A stretch of 64,000 nt of DNA from a virus, in IMG/VR virus record IMGVR_UViG_3300026076_000001. One strand, written 5' to 3'. The translations under genes were made by a program, and so were the position numbers. The notes beneath the pieces are model-generated. The model was not told the DNA's origin. It did not search any database and saw nothing but the letters and a program-made list of their open reading frames with translations. Below are positions 32,201 through 41,200 of this stretch, in pieces. How positions within the stretch are numbered: the first letter of the stretch is position 1; each line of letters opens with the position of its first letter.

Positions 32201-35200
32201 ACCAACGTTACAAGAAACTGTAGTTCCTGAGACAGCAGTAATTGCTAATGCTTGTCCAAATGCAGGGTCTGTTGCTCTTGGATAAGAGTGATCAGTAGCG
32301 TGGTTATCTGCATCACAAGTAAAGGTTATCTTATTAGCACCAATTGTTACAGTATCACTGGTCGTATAGCTATGAGCACCAATGGTTAATTCTAGTACAC
32401 CTGTAGTAGGATCATAATCAGCGTCAGTTACATCTTTCAGAGTGCTATCAATTGTAACTGCATTCGCAGATGTTCCACCACTGTAAATATGAGTTCCAAC
32501 AGCAGCAAGACAACTAAAGGTTAGTGAATTATCAGCAATCTTAATACTAGTACCTGTAGTTAACTCGTGATCACCAATAGTCAACTCCATATCACCCGTT
32601 GCAGGGTCATATGTAGCATTTGATACATTATGGTTAACTAAAGGTGATGCACCAACATTAACTGTAATAGTATTCGCACCAGTTGTTGTAATAGGAACAG
32701 CTTTACCACTTACAGGGTCAGTAGAACGAGGATAAACCTTAGTTGATGTTTGACCGTCCATTTGACACTTGAAAGTCAAGGCCCCATCAGGGATTCGGAC
32801 TAATTCACCTGTAGTAAATGAATGAGGTCCAATATTCAGTTCTAAGAGACCAGTTGATGCAGTATAGGTTGCATCAGTTACACTACGTAGATTACCAGTA
32901 GCCATTCTTGCTACTGCTTCTTCAGCAACGAAAGTCTTATTATCTTTGATTAATTTTGCAGCATCAATGAAGGTATTTGCTACAGGGTTGTCAATATTGT
33001 AAGGATCAGAGTAAACACCAATAGAATTGGATGTTGCACTGACAAATGTATGAGCATAATTACCACCTGATATAATAGCGTCAGTAACAGCAGCAACAAA
33101 CTTATGAGAATAGGCACCACCACTAATAACTGCTCCAGGAAGTGCTGAAACAAATGTATGAGGTGTGACATTAGTAGAAGGTGCTACATTAAGGATGTTA
33201 ATAGTAATTGTTGTATTACTTACTGCCTTAATATTAATTGAAGTATCACGGAAAGGATCTTTCTTCTGTTTGATACCATCAGTTACAGCAGAAACAAATA
33301 CGTGAGTATTAGTATTTGTAGAAGGAATATCATCAAGAACAGTTACATCAAATGTAGTAGCACTAACGTTAGATACCTTTAACCATCTGTTACTTGGGTA
33401 ATCTGTAGCTCTAGGATATGTTTTGGTTTGTCCACCAGAAACAGGACCAACATTAACAGTAATAGTACCAGCACCTTGATCAACAGAATCAATGTTTATA
33501 GAAGAATTATGTACAGGGTCAGTAGTACGTGGATAGGTATGGACAGTTGTGTAATTGTCCTCATCACAAGTGAATGATAATGAATTAGTAGCAATTGTTA
33601 TATTGTCACTGGTAGTTAGAGTATGAGTTCCAATAGTAAGGATTAAGTCTCCGTTTCCTGGAGTATACTGAGCATTAATAACATTAAAATTATTACCACC
33701 TGAAGAGATAGCATCAATTGCAGTGCCACCGACATATTGATGTGAAACTGATCCATAATTACAACTTAATGATAGAGATCCATCTTCAAACTTGATCCAT
33801 TCACCATTTGCCATATTATGTGCAACTGTTGTATGAACAGTCATCACACCTGTATTTGGATCGTAGACAGTACCACTAGCAGCTGTATGACTTATAGTGG
33901 CAGTTCTAGGATATGAGTAATTACCACTACCTTGAGTGCAATTAAAGGTTAGTGCGTTATCTAATAGTTTAATACTTGTGTTTGTTGCTAGTGTATGCTG
34001 ACCAATAGTCAATTCAACATCACCAGTAACAGGGTCATATGTAGCGTCTGATACATCGTGAGACACTAGGGGTGTTTGACCAACCTGTAATGTAATCGTA
34101 CCCTTCTCTAGCTCAACACCATTAGTAATAGCACTAACAAATGTGTGTACATCAGTATTGGTAGAAGGAAGAGTGTCTAAACACTGTATATCAAATGTAT
34201 TTTGAGTTACATTAGAGATAGGAATAAACTTACCACTAATAGGATCAGTAGCACGTGGGTATGCAGAACCAGGAGAACTTACACCAACGTTAACAGTGAT
34301 AGTAGTACCTGTTGTTGCAGTAATTCCAATTGGTTTGTTGTATACAGGATCAGTTGTTCTTGGATAAGAGTGATCAGAACCAAAGTTATCTTCATCACAC
34401 TGGAAGACTAAGGATCCAGCAGCAATAGTAACTGTATCTACATTTGTAAGACTGTGAGCACCAATAGTTAACTGGATATCACCTGATGAAGGATTGTAAG
34501 CAGCAGCAGTGACATCAAACTGAGAACCACCTGTAACTTGGATTGCATTAGCAGCAGTTCCACCAACATAGTTGTGAGTTCCACCACCATAGGTACAACT
34601 GAATACTAAAGAACCATCAGCAAGTTTAACTTTATCGCCAGCTTCAAATCCGTGGTCTGTAACCTGAATTGTAACAATACCTGTTGTAGGATTGTAGCTT
34701 GCAGTCTCTGCTGTATGGAATGTAGATCCAGTACTTACAATATTAAACGCTTTATCATAGAAAGGATCAGTAGTTCTAGGATAAGTCTTAACAGAATCTC
34801 TATGATCCATCTCACACTTGAATGAGAGGGAGTTAGGAGCAATCTTAACAGCAGTATTAGCAGAAAGGTTATGTGAACCAATATCAAGTGTCATAAGACC
34901 CGTTGCTGGATCATATGAACCGTCTGTTGGTGTATGAGTATCAAGAGTAGTTGTACCTACATTAACAGTGACAGTATCATCTGTTACTTGAGTAATATCA
35001 AGGGTTGATCTGTATGCAGGGTCTCCTGGACGTGGATATGTCTTAGGTGATGATCCACCATCCATATCACAACTCCAAGTCATTGCATTATCTGCAATGG
35101 TTATGAAATCTGCTGTAGTAAGCTCGTGATTTGGTATGGTTAGTACAAGTGTACCATTAGCAGCAGAATAGACAGCATCTGTAGGTGTTAATTTAAAGTC

Positions 35201-38200
35201 AGATGCAGCTGCTCTCTGATAATCATATAGATTGTCTATACCAAACTTATTACGTACCGCAAGGATAACCATATCCTGTAGATACTTCATAGACCATAGA
35301 GTTGCCTCTACTTCACCCTCAATATGCTTAATATCCGAATTAGGATCAGATGGGTCTAACAAATACTCTTTAGCAGCATCATAAGTGTTACTGTTACCAC
35401 CTTGAATAAGGTCGTCTGCCATTGCTCTCATTACAGACTTAAGGTCAACAATACACTGATTCCTTCCTAGACCTGGATATTGGAAATACTCAGGTGCAAA
35501 CTTACTTGTATCGTCTAATATACCTACTGCTTCTTCTGCTAGTACTGATGCGTTGTTATCAATGATATTAGCAGCATCTAGGAACTTATTACCTTGGAAG
35601 AACCTCTTAGCAACGATTTCACCTCTTGCTCCAGAAGTCTGTCCAACAACAAAGTCATTAACCAACCAATTAGTCGCATCACCTATTTCTAGCTCTACAA
35701 TCTTACCAACCTGTCTAGGTGGTTCTGTAAAGGTTATCTTACCATTTCCAGGATTAGTTGTTAATGTAAACGCTACATCAGGTTCCTGAATAACACCATC
35801 TAAAGAAACGTATAAATGGTCTCCTTCTACAATAGGAATACCTAAATCGAATTCTGTAGTAGTACCATCAAAATCAGAAGTGATATTATTCGCTTCTCTC
35901 ATATATTCAGCATTATTCGCATCATCTTGGAATTTCATCGACTTTCCGTAGAAAGTAACTCCAGGAACTGCAATACCAGTATTAGGATCGATATATGGTC
36001 CTAATGGTGCAGAAGCGAATGTAATGGTAGATCCACTAACTGTATAAGCAGTATCTGGATCCTGAAGAACACCATCCAATGTAACAACTAATTGAGTCGC
36101 TCTGAAAGGTACAAGTACCTCGTTGATGTCTTTCTTGAATAACGTAAATGTAGTGGTACCAATGATTGTACCATCTGCCTGAACAGCACCATCGAAGGCT
36201 GGTGAGATTGCTAAGTCAAATACTTCAATTTCAACGTTATTCTGTTCACTATAGTTAATAGTTCCCTTACCACGTTGTCTCGACATAGAATCGACTCTAA
36301 CGTGAGATTGAGTGATTCTTCTTGACTTATGACTACAAGTAACACCTAAAACGCCAGGTTCGATGATACTCATCACCGCACCGTAGCCATTGTCCTTTGT
36401 GCCACTTTGAGGAGTGTCTATGGTCTCTGGTTGTGTTCCATCACCTTCAGATTCAATTAAGACTTCTCCAAAGAGGTTAAATCCAGCAGGGTGTGTAAAA
36501 CGCTTAACAAAGTCTCTCCAGTCATTAATAGAGACTGTAGACTTAACTACGTAAGAATAATCTTGATAATAGATTCCATCTTGGACTTTCTGTGAAACAG
36601 CACTTAATTTACTTCTATCACTCGAATATGAACCAACTGAAGTACTTGTAGGTCCAATTTCGGGAGTTATGTTCGCAACGTAGATAATTTGGATATTTGC
36701 AGTACTACGAAGTGTTTCTCCATAGATTGAGTACCTTTGATCGAATTTTCCGTATAATCCTTTCAAACGAAGGATATTCATTCCATCAACCCAATAATCG
36801 ACTCTACCAGAAGCAATTACGTCTCCAGATGGATTTCTTTGCGTAATTAGCTCTCCATTCAAGAATGCCTTCTCTGGCATATCTTTTAGAGTCATAATAA
36901 TGGGTGGATTGACCTGAGGCACTAAAGTTGGGTCATTATTGAAGTCTTTACCCGAAGAAATGATTTCTAGGGTAGCCAACTTACCAATATCGGTTCCGTG
37001 AGCAAATAACTTAGTATCTGACTCATAAAGTCGTAAAGTAGTTGTAGAAGCGTAATTGGTTCCTTCTTGAACAGGAATAATACGACTTACACTTCCATCT
37101 GCTCTTAATTCGATTGTAAACTTAGCATTTGCTCCATCACCTTTATCTTCAAGTAAAACAATTGGTTTGGAGTAATTTAATCCAGTATCATTAACTGTAA
37201 TCGATGTAATACGTCCATCGGTCATATTTACAGTAAAGGCACCTCTAAAACGCTTGTTTAAGAAGACACCAGGTACTTGAGGTGGCATCGTATAGTTTTT
37301 ACCACCACTAATGACTTTAACCCTCTTAATCGCTCCTACAGCGTATAGAGAGTCAGTATAATACTGAACATTAGTAAATCCTTCATTTTGAGGAGATGCA
37401 GGTAGTCTATAAGCAAATTCTCTCTCGAATCCATAGAAGACAGCGTGCTTACCTGCAAATGGGTCTTCTACAAGAGTAAAGAACTGATCTTCGGAATTAA
37501 TCTTATTAGATACCTCTCCATAATAGATTTTGGTAGGAATATCCAATACAGGAGCACTCTTCCAAGTAACACCATCTATCGGTATACCATATCCTAGCTG
37601 GAATGCAATAAACGACCCAGTATTGCCTGGTTTGAGAGTTGACTGGTACGCTTGTACTAGTTCTGTAGTTCTATAGACGTTTTCATAGAATTTAAGGTTT
37701 CTGTCAACTAGAGAAGCATCAGAAGTGTCAAAAACATAACGATACGTCTTTTGAATGTCTATACTGATATTTCTCTTCCATTCAGACTCTGTAGACTTCT
37801 TAAATCTAAATCTCAATGATGTTGGTTCGACACTGGCTATAGAAACCTGTTTAGCAGGTGTACTACCATCCAAGAATCCAGATGAAGTGTCAATTATGGT
37901 ATCACCTTCATTTTGATAGTAAACAATGAGTTTATGAGTCTCAGGATCATAAGAATCGATCCAAGCATTGTTTCCACTAAACGAAACGTTAGTATCCTTA
38001 GTAAATCTGTAATAATTAGTTACAAGTGTAACATCTACACCTTCAATATGATCTTCTGCCTCTGAACCATTAACACCACGAAGAACAGTTAGGTAATTAC
38101 CACTAACACTAAGTACCTGAACAAATTCGTCAGTAATTTTAAGGACATCATCTCTTGAATACCCAGAACCACTAGCAACAGTTATGACAGTATCAGTTTT

Positions 38201-41200
38201 GGCACATCCAGCAGCATCTACAAAGAATGTAGCTGTCTGACTACCAACATTACCACCTAATAGTGAAGGTTGGAGTATAACAACATCTCCATACTTGTAT
38301 CCATCTCCTTTTGAGACAATTTGAACACTGTCAACGTGACCATCAGCATTAGTAGTGACTGTGACAGTTGCAGCAGTACCTGTACCAATTGAATTGGTTA
38401 AATTAATTCCTACAAAGCTTTGACTAGGAGTAAATCCACTACCAGCATTAATAATGCTAAGTCTTGCTACTCCAGATCCATTGATAGTACTGACTTTTGT
38501 AGGTTCGTTTAATTGTACTGTATGATACTTCTTAGTTTCAACTTCATAGCTCTGTGTAGAGATAGAAGAATCAGGTTCAACAGTAACAATGACATCATCA
38601 CCAACTGCTAGACCGTGATTGACGGAAGCAGTCTTAAGAACAGCAATATTATCTTCAATATCAAGTAATTTGAATCCTTTAGATAGAGATCTAACATTTA
38701 CAATAGTTGCAGCACCAGTATTGATCTGACATCCGAAACCAACGTCAAAGAATCCCAAATCAACGTATGATGTGCTTGGTATAGTAACTGTATTACCATC
38801 AATGTCTGTTGTAGTAAGTTGATTAGGGTTAGCAGGCTGTAATTCGACAATAACAGTATTCTTGTCTACAACATTACGTAAAACCTTACCAATAGCAACT
38901 TCGTGTGCTACACCAGCAGATTGAAGTGTATAAACGACTTGATCACCAACTGCTGCTAATACTGTGTTATCAAAGGTTATATTGTAAATCTCAGTTGTAG
39001 AATCAACTGTATCAGTAAGATTGAAGGTACCTGTAACATTTTTTACAACAAACTTGGAAGTCTCCTCAATTAGACCAATTACAGTCGCTGTAGCGTTTGT
39101 ATTGTTCTGAGTAAGGATAGATTCGTGATTTAAGTAAACAGGAGTGTTACAAGTGAAATAATTGTTCTTTGGAGTGTTACAAGTAAGAGTTGCAACTTCC
39201 TGACCTTGAATTTGGTCTACAGCAGCAAATAGTCCATCTCCATTGTCATTAATGGAATTATCGATGTATAAAACATCTTCATTCGTGAAATTGTAAGAAG
39301 ATTGATGAACTTCAATATCTGTGATAGGTCCATACTCAATTCCACTAACTCTAGACGTTAATAGCTCTCCACCGTCTGCTGTAGCATTTACAGTCCTTCT
39401 ACGGACTCCATCTGGCAAATATTTCTGTTTAGACTTAGTTTTCCAGTTTTCTTCGATAGGAACATTGTAAAATGCCTCTCCAATCGAATATGGGAAGGTA
39501 GGAGCCTCCGAATCGTCTGTAGTTAAGAAATATGCGTATACACCGTTTGGAAATTCAGGTGTAGTGCAGAAACGACCATTATTAGCGTCTAATGTTCCTA
39601 AACGTTCAATAAACTCATAATCGTTAGTAAAACGACCCATTGAGTAAGTTGTTTCGCTTGGTGAGTTTGATCCTCTAGTTGCTTTAAGTCTCCAGCTGGA
39701 TTCCATCCTTTCTATCGTAGGATTCGCAGCATCTGTATCTTGGAATGGATCTTCGTATCCAAAACTACCATATATCGGATTTCCATCATACGCCCAACCT
39801 AATATTGGTGAATGACTCTTATTAGAGAGTGGGTTACCCTGACCATCAACATTATCCTGTCTTAGGATCTTTAATGACGTAGGTGCAATGATATGACCAT
39901 ATGCATAACCATAATTAGGGTCATTTGCTGTATCTACGATACCACCAGCATTACCATTGTCAACAGACATCTCTAAGTATCTGTTATACTCCCATCTAGT
40001 CAAAACAGCAGTTGCTGAAGCACTTCTAGACCTAGGGACTAGTGTGACAGTTGTAGAACCGTCCTCATAGTCAAATCCACCAGATTGTTGAGTGAATCCA
40101 GTGATCTTACCTGTTGCAGTGTCTATTTGGCAAGTATAGAAGGCACCTTTACCTTTTCCACTTGCATCGTAGATAAAGACATCAGGTGGCTCCGTGTAAT
40201 TGCTTCCAGCGTCTATAATCTCAGCATTTTGGTTTACAGAGAGATAAATGTTCGCAATTTCACCTTGCTGAATCAAAACAGTAAATTGCCCGCCAGATCC
40301 AGAGGTAAATTCAACTGTAGGAGCAGTTGTGTAGCCAGAACCCTTATTTGTGACAGTTACGGAAGTAACTTGACCTAATCCATTAATCTCTGCCTCTGCG
40401 GTTGCATTTCCTTCAACAATAACCGTAGGAGCAATACTATAATTCCTTCCTGAATCGGTAACTTCGATTTTCTGCAATTCTCCGAAGTCTAGACCCCTTG
40501 GTGACTTATGATTGAGCAATGGAACACCATTAACCATCACACCAACTTCAGATGAGGTGGTTACTTCCTTTGCACTTGCATTTACTGGTGTTCTAGGGAT
40601 AATCTTAAGATGTTCCTGATCTTCAGGTACTTCAATGTTGTCAAAAGGTCCAATAGCGTAAGATGGGAATCCAGAAGACGCAATATAGTAATTTTCGTCA
40701 TCTCTATAGATTGCAGAGACATCAGAAAGAATTATATCCTTAATATTATTGGTTCCTACATTACTTGGATCAGAACCTGATAGTTTGGTAAAGTTTTGGT
40801 TTACAATCCACTGATTAGACAATGGTAAGTCATCTTGGAATCCAGAAGACTTAAATTCAACCATATTGTTGAAGGAAACGTAAGGAATCCCTCCAGCAGA
40901 GACATCAAAGTAATTATCTGCTGTTTCGTCATACTCTAGTCCAGCACTTGCTTCTGGTTCGATACCTTTAGACGCTAATCCAGCTACAAGACCGTAAATA
41001 CGAAGTTCTACTTCCTTACGGACTCCATTTTCGGTATACCAACCAGATAAGTTGTTTTTAGTGAAGCAACGTACTCCTTTAGCGTGAGCATAGAGTTGTT
41101 TGTTGTCACTATTAACAGCATCCCTCTCTTTAATGATAAATTGGGTAGCTGTTTTAGAACTATAGGTGATTTGCTCATCACCAATGATTATTCGACCATC

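Noticed and set aside
30000-35180. Repeats in gp7 as a possible CRISPR array or DGR template/variable repeats
   Set aside because: They are divergent in-frame protein repeats without identical DNA units or spacers; no reverse transcriptase or cas gene and no adenine-specific repeat pair was seen in the window.
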